This document shows, one piece after another, positions 49,760-59,366 of a stretch of DNA of 64,000 nt. The stretch is from Corallococcus sp. (GTDB taxonomy: Bacteria; Bacillota; Clostridia; Christensenellales; CAG-314): NCBI GenBank assembly GCA_023663205.1, contig JAMPHX010000001.1, positions 7-64,006 of the forward strand. Reading direction: 5' to 3'. Below the pieces are notes generated by a model. It did no database searches. It was given only the letters and a program-made list of their open reading frames with translations, and was not told the origin of the DNA. Every line of letters begins with the position of its first letter. The stretch's first letter is position 1. The translations under genes and the position numbers were made by a program.

Positions 49760-51115
49760 ATGAAATCACTCAGCAACGGACAAAGCGTTCACTTTATCGG
49801 AATCGGCGGAATAGGTATGAGCAGTCTTGCGCTTCATCTAAGCGCGCACGGAGTGCGCGTTACGGGCAGCGACAGATGCCGCTCGGAAATTACCGACAAA
49901 CTTTCAGATAGCGGAGTAAAAGTTTTTATAGGGCACAATGCCGACAATATAGCGGATGATTGCGCGTTTGTCGTTTATACGGAAGCGGTGGATAAAGACA
50001 ACCCCGAACTTCAAAAGGCGCAAATAAGGCAAATACCCGTCGTTTCCCGCGAAAAACTTTTGGGAGAGGTATTCGACGGCTTTGACAAGCGCGTAGCGGT
50101 GTGCGGCGTGCACGGCAAAACAACGGTAAGCGCAATGATTGACTACCTTCTGCAAAAAACCGATATTTCGCACGCAGCGTTTGTCGGCGGAATTTCCGTC
50201 GAAACGCAAAGCAATTACACAAAGGGCAGCGGGATTGCGGTTGCGGAAGCGTGCGAGTTTAAACGCAGTTTTTTGTGTTTGCACCCCGACGTTATCGTCG
50301 CGCTCAACGTGGAATTAGACCACCCCGATTGTTACGGCAGTTATGAGGAAATTGTTTCGGCTTTCGGCGAATTTTTCGGCAATCTTTCGGCAGAGGGCGT
50401 AATTGTCGCCAACGGAGATTGCGTTCCGCACGGCATACTCAAAGGCAAACGCAGTCTGTTGTTCGGCTGCGGCGTCAATTACGATTACGGCGCGGAAAAT
50501 TTGTCTTGCACGGACGGAAAGTATTCGTTTGATTTATATAAAAACGGCAAATTCGTTTTGCGCGTACACGTTCCGATGTGCGGCAAACACAATATTTACA
50601 ACTCTTTGGCTGCGCTTGCGGCGGTTGACGTATGCGGTGTCGATTTGACAAAGGCGGCTCGGGCTTTGGAAGATTTTGCGGGAGTAAAACGGCGTTGGAT
50701 GAGCATCGACTGCGGTTTGTGCAACGTGGTGGAAGATTACGCACACCATCCTACTGAAATAGCATCTGTCGTAAGTACGGCAAAGGATGTTGCCAAAGGC
50801 AAAATATACGCATTTTTTCAGCCGCACACGTATACGCGCACCAAGGCGCTGTGGCAGGAGTTTTGCCAATGTTTTTCGGGTTGCGACTTTGTGGGGCTGC
50901 TGCCGATATATGCCGCGCGCGAACAGTCGATAGATGGCGTAACAAGCGAAGAACTTGCCAAATCTATCGAAAACGTGCGCCACGTTGCCTACTTCGCCGA
51001 CGAAATGCAGGCGGCGGACTTTATTGCAAACACCGTCAGACCTATTGACACCGTGCTTGTAATAGGCGCGGGCGATATATTTAAACTTAGCGCGCTGCTC
51101 AAATCCCGCAGGTAA
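49760..51115 (+). CDS. murC: UDP-N-acetylmuramate--L-alanine ligase
   Basis: HFIGIGGIGMSSLA, GVHGKTT and Mur-ligase C-terminal motifs. Start at MKSLSNGQSVHF. Confidence 0.9.
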   Translation: MKSLSNGQSVHFIGIGGIGMSSLALHLSAHGVRVTGSDRCRSEITDKLSDSGVKVFIGHNADNIADDCAFVVYTEAVDKDNPELQKAQIRQIPVVSREKLLGEVFDGFDKRVAVCGVHGKTTVSAMIDYLLQKTDISHAAFVGGISVETQSNYTKGSGIAVAEACEFKRSFLCLHPDVIVALNVELDHPDCYGSYEEIVSAFGEFFGNLSAEGVIVANGDCVPHGILKGKRSLLFGCGVNYDYGAENLSCTDGKYSFDLYKNGKFVLRVHVPMCGKHNIYNSLAALAAVDVCGVDLTKAARALEDFAGVKRRWMSIDCGLCNVVEDYAHHPTEIASVVSTAKDVAKGKIYAFFQPHTYTRTKALWQEFCQCFSGCDFVGLLPIYAAREQSIDGVTSEELAKSIENVRHVAYFADEMQAADFIANTVRPIDTVLVIGAGDIFKLSALLKSRR

Positions 51116-51173
51116 AAATGCGCGCAAATATACTTGTTAACCGGTGCTTTTAAGTATAATTTACATATCAAAA

Positions 51174-51205
51174 GGGAGCGAGGATATTGCAAAATCCTCG
51201 CTCCC
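51174..51205. terminator. Bidirectional terminator between murC and pyk
   Basis: GGGAGCGAGGAT (51174-51185) pairs perfectly with ATCCTCGCTCCC (51194-51205), with an A-run upstream and a T-rich tail downstream. Confidence 0.8.
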
Positions 51206-51244
51206 TATTTGTTATTTGAGATGTAATTTGTTTTGTTTGCCGTT

Positions 51245-52681
51245 TTATTTAAGTTGGTCGGCGTTGCGTTCTATGCGTTCTACTTTTATCAAGTTGGTGC
51301 CGACGTTTTTGCCGAGAGGCACGCCTGCGGTAATTACTATATTGTCGCCGTTTTGTGCAACGCCCAGTTTTACAACGGTATCTTCGGCGTGTAGGAACAT
51401 CACGTCCGTGTTGTAAAATACGCAGCAGTGCTGGGGTATTACGCCCCAACTTGTTGCAAGTTGGTGGTACACGCGTTTGTTGCTTGTAAGCGCAAGTATG
51501 GGGGAAATGGGGCGGAAACGCGAAATCATCCGCGCAGAAACTCCGCTTGCCGTGTAAACAACAATTGCTTTGGCGTTTATGTCAAAAGAGGTGTTTACCG
51601 TTGCGTGCGAAATTGCGTCGTTGTTATCCAACAGTTGTACTTTGCTTGCACGGTAGCCGTCGGCATAATCTATGTTGTTTTCCGCTTCGTTGGCGATTTT
51701 TGCCATGGTGGCAATGGTGTTGGGAGGGTTTATTCCCACTGCGCTTTCCGCCGAAAGCATTACGCAACTGGAACCGTCGTAAACGGCGTTTGCAACGTCG
51801 ACTATTTCCGCGCGCGTCGGGCGCAGTTTTGTAATCATCGATTCTAACATTTCCGTTGCGGTAATTACAAACTTACCTTTCATTCTGCTGCGGGTAATAA
51901 GCAGTTTTTGCAATGCCGGCAGTCGTTCGTAGGGTACTTCTACTCCCAAGTCACCGCGTGCAACCATTATTCCGTCGGATTTTTCTATTATAGCGTCAAT
52001 GTTGTTTATACCCTGCTGACTTTCTATCTTGGCAACAAGTACCATGTCTTTGGAGCCTTTTTCGGCAAGGTAGTCGCGTATTTCCTGCATACAGTCGCCG
52101 TCCTGCACAAAACTTGCCGCAACTATTTCGGCATTTATCGATACGGCAAAGTCCAAGTCTTTTTTGTCTGCGTCGGAGAGGAAGGGTATATTAAGTTTTC
52201 TTCCGGGGACAAACAATCCCTTGCGGTTGGAGAGTGTGCCGCTGTTTTGCGAAACTGCGTATATATCGCCGTCTTTGATATCCGTAATAACAAATACAAG
52301 CAATCCGTCGTTGAGTAGCAGGGTATCGCCCTTTTTGACGTCTTTGTACAGTTGCTTGTAGGTGACGGAAACTTTTGTTTGGTCGCCCACAATATCTTTG
52401 TTTGTAAATACAAAGGGCATATTTTCGGTTACTTCTATTTTGCCGTCCGCAAATGTGCCGATACGCACTTCCGGTCCCTTCAAGTCTACCATGATGGGCA
52501 GCGGAATTTCGAGGTCGTCCCTTACGCGCTTTACGTTGTTGACGCGTTCCAGATGTTCTTCGTACAGTCCGTGGCTCATATTTATGCGTGCCACGTTCAT
52601 TCCCGCTTCCGCCATTTTCTTTATTTGCTCGTAAGTGGTGCTGGCAGGTCCGAGCGTGCAAACTATTTTTGTTTTTCTCAC
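51245..52681 (-). CDS. pyk: Pyruvate kinase
   Basis: KIVCTLGPA, MVARGDLGVE and ATEMLESM. GTG start with an AAGGAGG SD. Confidence 0.95.
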   Translation of the reverse strand: MRKTKIVCTLGPASTTYEQIKKMAEAGMNVARINMSHGLYEEHLERVNNVKRVRDDLEIPLPIMVDLKGPEVRIGTFADGKIEVTENMPFVFTNKDIVGDQTKVSVTYKQLYKDVKKGDTLLLNDGLLVFVITDIKDGDIYAVSQNSGTLSNRKGLFVPGRKLNIPFLSDADKKDLDFAVSINAEIVAASFVQDGDCMQEIRDYLAEKGSKDMVLVAKIESQQGINNIDAIIEKSDGIMVARGDLGVEVPYERLPALQKLLITRSRMKGKFVITATEMLESMITKLRPTRAEIVDVANAVYDGSSCVMLSAESAVGINPPNTIATMAKIANEAENNIDYADGYRASKVQLLDNNDAISHATVNTSFDINAKAIVVYTASGVSARMISRFRPISPILALTSNKRVYHQLATSWGVIPQHCCVFYNTDVMFLHAEDTVVKLGVAQNGDNIVITAGVPLGKNVGTNLIKVERIERNADQLK

Positions 52682-53272
52682 GGCATTTTCCTCCTTGAAT
52701 ATCGGTTTTTACCCGATAGAGCAACAATAATTTGTCCAAATAACAACATATTACTCATTATAATGTAATATACACCAAAACCGCGCTTTTGTAAAATATT
52801 TGTAAAGCGTTTTTGCGTTCGGTATGAAAAAAATATTTCAGGCGGTTTGAACCTGCGCCTAAGTTGCGGACAAGGTTTCCCGTACATTATATGCGGCAGA
52901 TTGATTTTGCTTACAATTGTCCGACAAGGCAGTATACTATACTTAATCAAAGTCTGTGCTGTATTGCAACAAACCGTATTGCAGTAAATGTCGGTGTTGC
53001 TTCCGTCAAACGGCACGCGCCGCGCTTTGTACTGCGGCAAAGCAGTGTTGCAAAGGGCGCAAACGTCAAATATTTAGCGGGTAGTTGTGCGCGGCTGCAT
53101 TTGCAGCAAAACTCAATTTTGCCATTGATAGTGATTTTTTCATTTGTTTTTCTACTTTGAGTAAGGTTGCCGCCCGTTATAAATAAAAATTGTATAGAAC
53201 CCTCTTGTTTTAGGTTCAATACTGTAATACAATACGTCAGCATACGTTTTGTTATATTGCGTTTTGTTAGTG

Positions 53273-53301
53273 TTGACTTGCGGCGTATTTTACTGTATAA
53301 T
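53273..53301 (+). promoter_or_regulatory. Sigma-70-type promoter of psuG
   Basis: TTGACT (53273-53278), 17-nt spacer ending in TG, TATAAT (53296-53301). Confidence 0.65.
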
Positions 53302-53368
53302 AAATCATCACGGTCAGGTTGCGTATGAGGTCGCGTAACAGTATGGAATAATAAGGGAGATAGTAGTT

Positions 53369-54283
53369 ATGAATCAATATTTATCGGTATCGCCTCGCGT
53401 ACAAAAGGCGCTCAAAGAAAACAAGCCCGTAGTTGCTCTTGAATCTACGATAATTTCTCACGGTATGCCGTATCCGCAAAATGTGGAAACCGCGCTGAAT
53501 GTCGAAAAAATAATAGAAGATTGCGGTGCGGTTCCCGCTACTATCGCAATAATAAACGGCAAACTTACCGTAGGTTGCACAAAGGAACAGATAGACCTTT
53601 TGGGCAAAAAGGGTCTTGACGTCATCAAAACTTCGCGCCGCGACATACCGTTTGTCATTGCAAAAGGCGAGGACGGAGCAACAACCGTTGCCGCAACAAT
53701 GTTTATTGCATCGCTTGCCGGCATAAAAGTGTTTGCTACGGGCGGCATAGGCGGCGTGCACCGCGGTGCGGAAACAACAATGGATATTTCCGCCGACCTC
53801 GAAGAATTGCAGCAAACGTCGGTAATGGTGGTGTGCGCGGGAGCAAAATCCATATTGGATTTGGGACTTACGTTGGAGTGTTTGGAAACGCGCGGAGTTG
53901 CCGTTGTCGGTTACCGTACGGAGGAGTTGCCTGCATTTTACACGCAGAAAAGCGGTTTCAAAGTGGATTACCGTTTGGATACGCCCGCGGAAATCGCGCT
54001 TGCTTTCTACTGTCAGCAGCACTCGGGACTCAAAGGCGGAATGCTTGTTACCAACCCAATACCCGACGAATATGCAATGGACAGCGATTACATCAATACC
54101 AACATCGACGCAGCCGTCAAGGAAGCGGAAAGTCTTGGAATACACGGCAAAGAGTCCACGCCGTTTTTGCTGGATAAGATACAGCGTTTGACGTCGGGCA
54201 AGAGCCTTGCGGCAAATATTCAACTTGTGTACAACAACGCGCGTTTGGCAAGCGAGATTGCCAAAGAACTTGCAAAACTGTAA
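53369..54283 (+). CDS. psuG: Pseudouridine-5'-phosphate glycosidase
   Basis: IndA-family pattern VALESTIISHGMPYPQN, plus GGIGGVHRG. Confidence 0.9.
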   Translation: MNQYLSVSPRVQKALKENKPVVALESTIISHGMPYPQNVETALNVEKIIEDCGAVPATIAIINGKLTVGCTKEQIDLLGKKGLDVIKTSRRDIPFVIAKGEDGATTVAATMFIASLAGIKVFATGGIGGVHRGAETTMDISADLEELQQTSVMVVCAGAKSILDLGLTLECLETRGVAVVGYRTEELPAFYTQKSGFKVDYRLDTPAEIALAFYCQQHSGLKGGMLVTNPIPDEYAMDSDYINTNIDAAVKEAESLGIHGKESTPFLLDKIQRLTSGKSLAANIQLVYNNARLASEIAKELAKL

Positions 54284-54301
54284 TTTGACGGTTTGACTTA
54301 G

Positions 54302-54745
54302 ATGGATTGGTTCAACTACATAGGACTTGCAATAATAGTTGTAATAATGGTTCCCAATATCGTATATGCTGTCAAATGCAAAGAGGGGTTTTCAAGCGTC
54401 TACAAAAACAAAGCGGCGGAAGTATTTGAACAAATAGGCAGATACGGCTGTTTTGTACTGATGATTTTCAATATTCCGTACACATACTTGGGTTTTTGGT
54501 TTGACGGGGCGTTGTATGTTTATATAACCGTCAATGCGTGTTTGTGCGCCGCATACGTAATAATTTGGGCGGTGTTTCGGAACAAGACGCATTTGGCAAG
54601 GGCGGTAACGCTTTCGGTTTTGCCGTCATTAGTATTTTTGTTTAGCGCAATAGTGCTTGCAAATATTCCCCTTGCGGTATTTGCCGCCGTATTCGCGCCT
54701 TGCCACATTTTGATTAGTTGCAAAAACGCGCAGAGAGAAATTTGA
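54302..54745 (+). CDS. Small membrane protein, unknown function
   Basis: 147 aa with about four hydrophobic helices, 18 nt downstream of psuG. Confidence 0.65.
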   Translation: MDWFNYIGLAIIVVIMVPNIVYAVKCKEGFSSVYKNKAAEVFEQIGRYGCFVLMIFNIPYTYLGFWFDGALYVYITVNACLCAAYVIIWAVFRNKTHLARAVTLSVLPSLVFLFSAIVLANIPLAVFAAVFAPCHILISCKNAQREI

Positions 54746-54823
54746 CTCTCTGCGCGTTTTGTATTTGTTTATTTAAGCGTCTTTTGCAAATAACAGTTGC
54801 AAACTTGCCGAGTTTAGGCAAAA

Positions 54824-55846
54824 TCAATCGACGACTATTATTTTGCTGCGAATTTCCAAATCTTCGACATTGATTTTTTCCAATTCTTCGTTAAGCGTTT
54901 CAAACGGTATTTTAGAGCCAATCATACCGTCTACGTTTACCTTGCCTGTCACAAGCAGGTTTATTGCGCTGGAAAAGTTTCCGCAGCCGGTGTACACTCC
55001 GAAAATCGACAGATGCTTGTTGGCAATCTGCGATACCGAAAGTTTGCTTTCCTTGTTGCCGTAGCCGGAAATACAAATATTGGCATTGAATGCCGCAATG
55101 TTGTAGATATCGCGTACGTTAAAACTGCTGTTTGTAAAGTATACGATTTCCTTGCACATTCTTCCGCCGGTAATGATTTGAATCTTCTTTTCCACATCGT
55201 ATTCCGATTCGGTATTGAATGTGTAGAATATTCCTTGGCTCTTTGCCAAATCGAGTAGTTCTTGATTGTCGCTTATCAGTATGGGCAATGCTTGATAGTA
55301 TGCAAGCAGTTGCGCTACGATTATGCCTACTTTTGTGGATGCAAATATCGCAATGTGTCTGCCCGCTTCCACGTCAAGCGAATCCACAATATTGAGTCCC
55401 AGCGCCACATAAGAAGTAAACAGCGCGCGTTCGTTGGATAACGCGTCGGGCAGTTTGTGCAGTATTGCCGCAGGTAAATCGATGAAATTTTGCATAAATC
55501 CGTTGGAATTTTCGCCCAATTCCTTCATATTTTCGCAGCGCTCGTAATTGCCGTCCTCGCAGAACGCGCAATTGTTGCAGGGTATGTAGGGTTCAATTAC
55601 GACGCGGTCCATCTTGGTGAGCATTACTTTGTCGCCTTGACGCACTTCGGAAACCACGCCGACGGCATTTCTTCCCGGCACAAACGGGTATTTTTTCTTG
55701 TCGGTGCCGTCGTAGACGTTGTAATCGGACATCGAAAACAATACTTGTTCGATTTTTACCTTGACGTTGTTTTCTTCCGTAAGCACGGTTGGGTCGTCGT
55801 TGATTTTAAACAGTTGTTTGGGACTCGCAAGAGACCATGATTTCAT
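54824..55846 (-). CDS. Zinc-dependent alcohol/polyol dehydrogenase (MDR family)
   Basis: Structural-zinc loop CNNCAFCEDGNYERC and a GroES-like N-terminus. Start at MKSWSLASPK, because the longer track start lacks support. Confidence 0.8.
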   Translation of the reverse strand: MKSWSLASPKQLFKINDDPTVLTEENNVKVKIEQVLFSMSDYNVYDGTDKKKYPFVPGRNAVGVVSEVRQGDKVMLTKMDRVVIEPYIPCNNCAFCEDGNYERCENMKELGENSNGFMQNFIDLPAAILHKLPDALSNERALFTSYVALGLNIVDSLDVEAGRHIAIFASTKVGIIVAQLLAYYQALPILISDNQELLDLAKSQGIFYTFNTESEYDVEKKIQIITGGRMCKEIVYFTNSSFNVRDIYNIAAFNANICISGYGNKESKLSVSQIANKHLSIFGVYTGCGNFSSAINLLVTGKVNVDGMIGSKIPFETLNEELEKINVEDLEIRSKIIVVD

Positions 55847-56153
55847 ATAGTATTTTCTCCCCGTCAGCCGATTGTGCGGCTGCGTATGTAAATGCAAATT
55901 CTACTTTGAATATTTACGTACCTATTATATCAAATATTTTTAGAAAAATCTACCTTTTCCGTGTCGACTAAAAGTAGAGAGACTTTGACACCGCCAAATT
56001 TGCCCAAACCTATTGACATTTTTTCTGCATTTGTTATACTTCAATTTGACGGTTCTGCGGGAGGAAAATAGGGCATATTTTTACTCCTGTTTGAAGTGAA
56101 GCAGGGCGGAACAATGCGCAAATTTTCTTGAACGACGGCAAATCGGAGGCAAT

Positions 56154-56801
56154 ATGAAAATACAGTATCTCGGACATTCGGCTTTCAGACTCATAAGCGA
56201 AATGGGTACCTCTGTGGTATGCGACCCTTATTCGCCGCAACTTGTGGGGTACGGTATGCCGCGTGTTTCCGCCGACGTCGTTACGGTTAGCCACAGACAC
56301 TCCGACCACGATTACGAGGAGGGTGTGGGCGGCGACCCGTCGGTAATAGACGTCCCCGTCGCACTGGCTGCCGATGACGTGGCAATAGAAGCAATCGAGT
56401 GTTTTCACGACGACTGCCAAGGCGCAAAACGCGGCAAAAATATTGTTTTTGTATTCAGTATAGACGGCATACGCGTAGCGCACCTCGGCGATATAGGCGA
56501 AAAGAATGTGGAAGTTGCGGCAAAACTTATCGGCTGCGACGTTTTGCTTGTGCCGGTAGGCGGCAACTATACAATAGACTGTAACACCGCAAAGTGGTAT
56601 GTCGGCATAGCAAAACCGTCCATCGTAATTCCGATGCATTACGCGCAGGGCGGAACGATAGATATCGACGGCGCGGAAAAGTTTACGGAGTTGTTTGACA
56701 AATCGCAAACCGAATACGTCGGAGATACGCTTGTAATAGACGATATCCCCGAAAACTACTTCAAAGTAAAGGTTATGACGCGCTTATCTGCGGATTTTTG
56801 A
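56154..56801 (+). CDS. MBL-fold metallo-hydrolase
   Basis: Starts MKIQYLGHSAF. Contains the H-x-H-x-D-H motif (SHRHSDHD). Confidence 0.8.
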   Translation: MKIQYLGHSAFRLISEMGTSVVCDPYSPQLVGYGMPRVSADVVTVSHRHSDHDYEEGVGGDPSVIDVPVALAADDVAIEAIECFHDDCQGAKRGKNIVFVFSIDGIRVAHLGDIGEKNVEVAAKLIGCDVLLVPVGGNYTIDCNTAKWYVGIAKPSIVIPMHYAQGGTIDIDGAEKFTELFDKSQTEYVGDTLVIDDIPENYFKVKVMTRLSADF

Positions 56802-57163
56802 CGGTATTACGTAAATTTCGGCGGGCGTAAACTGGAACTTTTATTCGCAGACAATCAACGTAAAAGCAATAAGTATCGTAAGCGGCAAATTTTTACATAA
56901 ACTCAAATGTGCTCGATTGCGACAGAATAGCAAAAATATCTTCCGCAGTATTGCGAGTTCGGGTTAACAAAGCGTTACGGCGCGGACGCAGTTAAAACCT
57001 TACGGGTTTAAATCCGTAGTGCCTAACAGAACGCAAAGTTGTTTGACGGAAAAATACGTCCATCCGTAATTTTGTCGGTAAAACATTTCAAAACGCTTTT
57101 CAAATTTTATTTTTGTGATATACTGTATGTGTCCGCAGATAATGCGGATTTACGGAGGTTATT

Positions 57164-57673
57164 ATGGACAAAAAAGTATTCAAATTGATGAACGAACAAA
57201 TCAACAAAGAGTTGTATTCCGCCTATTTGTATTTGGATTTTTCCAATTACTATTCCGAGCAGGGCTTGGACGGATTTGCCAATTGGTATATGGTTCAAGC
57301 GCAAGAGGAACGCGACCATGCAATGCTGTTTGTAAAATATCTTCAAAACAACGGCGAAAAGGTAACTTACGAAGCAATTGCCAAACCCGATAAAGTTTTG
57401 GATTCGCTCAAAGCGCCGCTTGTCGCCGGACTCGAACACGAAAAGTACGTTACAAGCCTTATACATACCATTTACGACGCGGCGTTCGGAGCAAAAGATT
57501 TCCGCGCAATGCAGTTTTTGGATTGGTTTGTAAAGGAACAGGGCGAAGAAGAAACCAACGCCGAAGATATGATAAAGAAGTTTGACTTGTTCGGCGGAGA
57601 TTCCAAGGGACTGTATATGCTCGACAACGAACTTAAAGCGCGCGTATATACCGCGCCGTCGCTTGTTCTGTAA
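57164..57673 (+). CDS. Non-heme ferritin
   Basis: LNEQINKELYSAYLYL and QAQEERDHA ferroxidase-centre residues. GGAGG SD. Confidence 0.9.
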   Translation: MDKKVFKLMNEQINKELYSAYLYLDFSNYYSEQGLDGFANWYMVQAQEERDHAMLFVKYLQNNGEKVTYEAIAKPDKVLDSLKAPLVAGLEHEKYVTSLIHTIYDAAFGAKDFRAMQFLDWFVKEQGEEETNAEDMIKKFDLFGGDSKGLYMLDNELKARVYTAPSLVL

Positions 57674-57786
57674 TTTTGCTGCATATAATTTGCGTTGCAA
57701 ACTGTAAATAAATTTTGCAGATAGCGGTTGTCTTATTGCAGTACGGCATTGCGTTTTGTATGTGAGGCTCAATAAAATATAATTAC

Positions 57787-57826
57787 GATTGCTGCCGTAT
57801 TTTATTAGACACGGCAGCAATTTTAT
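57787..57826 (+). terminator. Rho-independent terminator of the ferritin gene
   Basis: GATTGCTGCCGT (57787-57798) pairs with ACGGCAGCAAT (57811-57821), followed by TTTTA. Confidence 0.7.
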
Positions 57827-58147
57827 CGGGTATTGACAAACACATTTTATTTGTGAACATCGGGTTTTGAGTCAAGATTGTTAAGTTCCGCGTCTTTCGG
57901 CGCGACGGTTTCGGTACAGTCATTGGCTTATTTTTTACGATTAGGCAGACTGGGTAAGGAACAATGTTTCTTTTGTTACATAGATAAAGTCTTTGCAAAG
58001 TTTAATGTATAACGACATTGTGCCGAGAACAGACGGCGAAGCAATCCGAAGAAATGCAATTTGGGCATATTATAAATAGTATAATTTACAACAAATAGTA
58101 TGTTACGTAATAAACAGTATGGCGTACAGCAAGTAGTGTGGTGCACA

Positions 58148-58186
58148 ACCAAAACCGCAACCGATGTTTTCGGTTGCGGTTTTGGT
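58148..58186 (-). terminator. Hairpin directly after the stop of the flavodoxin/ferredoxin gene
   Basis: ACCAAAACCGCAACCGA (58148-58164) pairs perfectly with TCGGTTGCGGTTTTGGT (58170-58186). The U-tract is weak. Confidence 0.5.
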
Positions 58187-58187
58187 A

Positions 58188-58940
58188 TTATTCAAAGTTT
58201 TTGCCTATTTCGTTATCGTCGACATTAGGGTTTACGTACCGCTTTTTGTTGTCTTTGCCTTGGTAAATAATAGCCTTTTGAGGACAGCGGTGGAAGCACC
58301 CTATACAGGCAATGCAGTTGCCGCCGAATGTTATCTGTCCGTTTTCAAGACGAATATTGTGCGCAGGACAAATTTTAATGCATTTGCCGCACCGTACGCA
58401 TTTGTCCGTAACGGAAAATCTTTCGCCGATAAGATGCCAATTTTCCTTATTTTTAAGATAAGTTTGTTCCTTGGTGCGCTTCTTGTTAGGTAAACGGCAT
58501 TTGCCGCTCTCGATTTCGTTTATTACGGCGTCTATGCGTTTATTTGCGGAATTCAATATACTGCGCAAGTAAAATTTCGGCGGCGACATAACAAGCGTAA
58601 AGTTTTCGGGCATTTTCAGAGTGTATACGCTTTTGACGGTAAGTCGGCTGTTTTTTGCATATTGGCACAGCAGTCTGTCGGCGCCGCCGACCATTCCGCC
58701 GTAGTTTTGAATTGCAATTATCTCCAATCCGTCTTTCAATTGGTCAAACAATTTCAAAATGGGCACAGGCATACCGAATGAGTATATAGGCGTAACAATA
58801 ATTACGCCGTCAAATTCGCTTCCGTCCGCCGTGTATGACGGAGCGTACAAAACTTTTCCGCCCAGTTTTTGTTGGATTCTTTTGGCTATGTACAAACTGT
58901 TGCCCGTCGAACTGAAATACAGTATTCCCAAGTTGTTCAT
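58188..58940 (-). CDS. Flavodoxin-like domain fused to a 2x[4Fe-4S] ferredoxin domain
   Basis: ILYFSSTGNS flavodoxin-like N-terminus. CVRCGKCIKICP and CIACIGCFHRCP cluster motifs. Start at MNNLGILYF. Confidence 0.75.
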   Translation of the reverse strand: MNNLGILYFSSTGNSLYIAKRIQQKLGGKVLYAPSYTADGSEFDGVIIVTPIYSFGMPVPILKLFDQLKDGLEIIAIQNYGGMVGGADRLLCQYAKNSRLTVKSVYTLKMPENFTLVMSPPKFYLRSILNSANKRIDAVINEIESGKCRLPNKKRTKEQTYLKNKENWHLIGERFSVTDKCVRCGKCIKICPAHNIRLENGQITFGGNCIACIGCFHRCPQKAIIYQGKDNKKRYVNPNVDDNEIGKNFE

Positions 58941-59366
58941 AATTTTTCCTGCCCGTGTCGTTTGTTTTTGTGCAAATACCGCCGGCAGACACCCTGCGCC
59001 GTATTTGCACACTGCATATTTTATTTCACATAGTGTGCCGTATTTGTAATCTATATATATTATACCACATCTTTACTCGATAGCAACAAATATATTACCC
59101 GATTTTGTCGTTTGCGGTTTCATTGGATTATACCGCATATTCGCTCGGTTGCAGCAAGTATATCCGTCTACGCAGATTGTTTACTCTGCGCTTTTTATTG
59201 AATTCCAAAACATTGTCGGTGCGGCTATATTATCCGTAAAGTGAATAAAAATATCCCTCGGTGGTATGTATTTGTCAAAACACGAATGTTACAATATAAA
59301 TGTTCGCACTTATATATTTTACTTTTGTAAAGCGCAAATTGAAAAATAAAATCAATGGAGGAAAAG

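Noticed and set aside
58020-58062. A second copy of the 13.7-kb palindromic element, based on the shared CGAAGCAATCC core.
   Set aside because: An 11-mer match is expected many times by chance in 64 kb, and the flanking similarity is only moderate. It is mentioned in the finding but not called as a feature.
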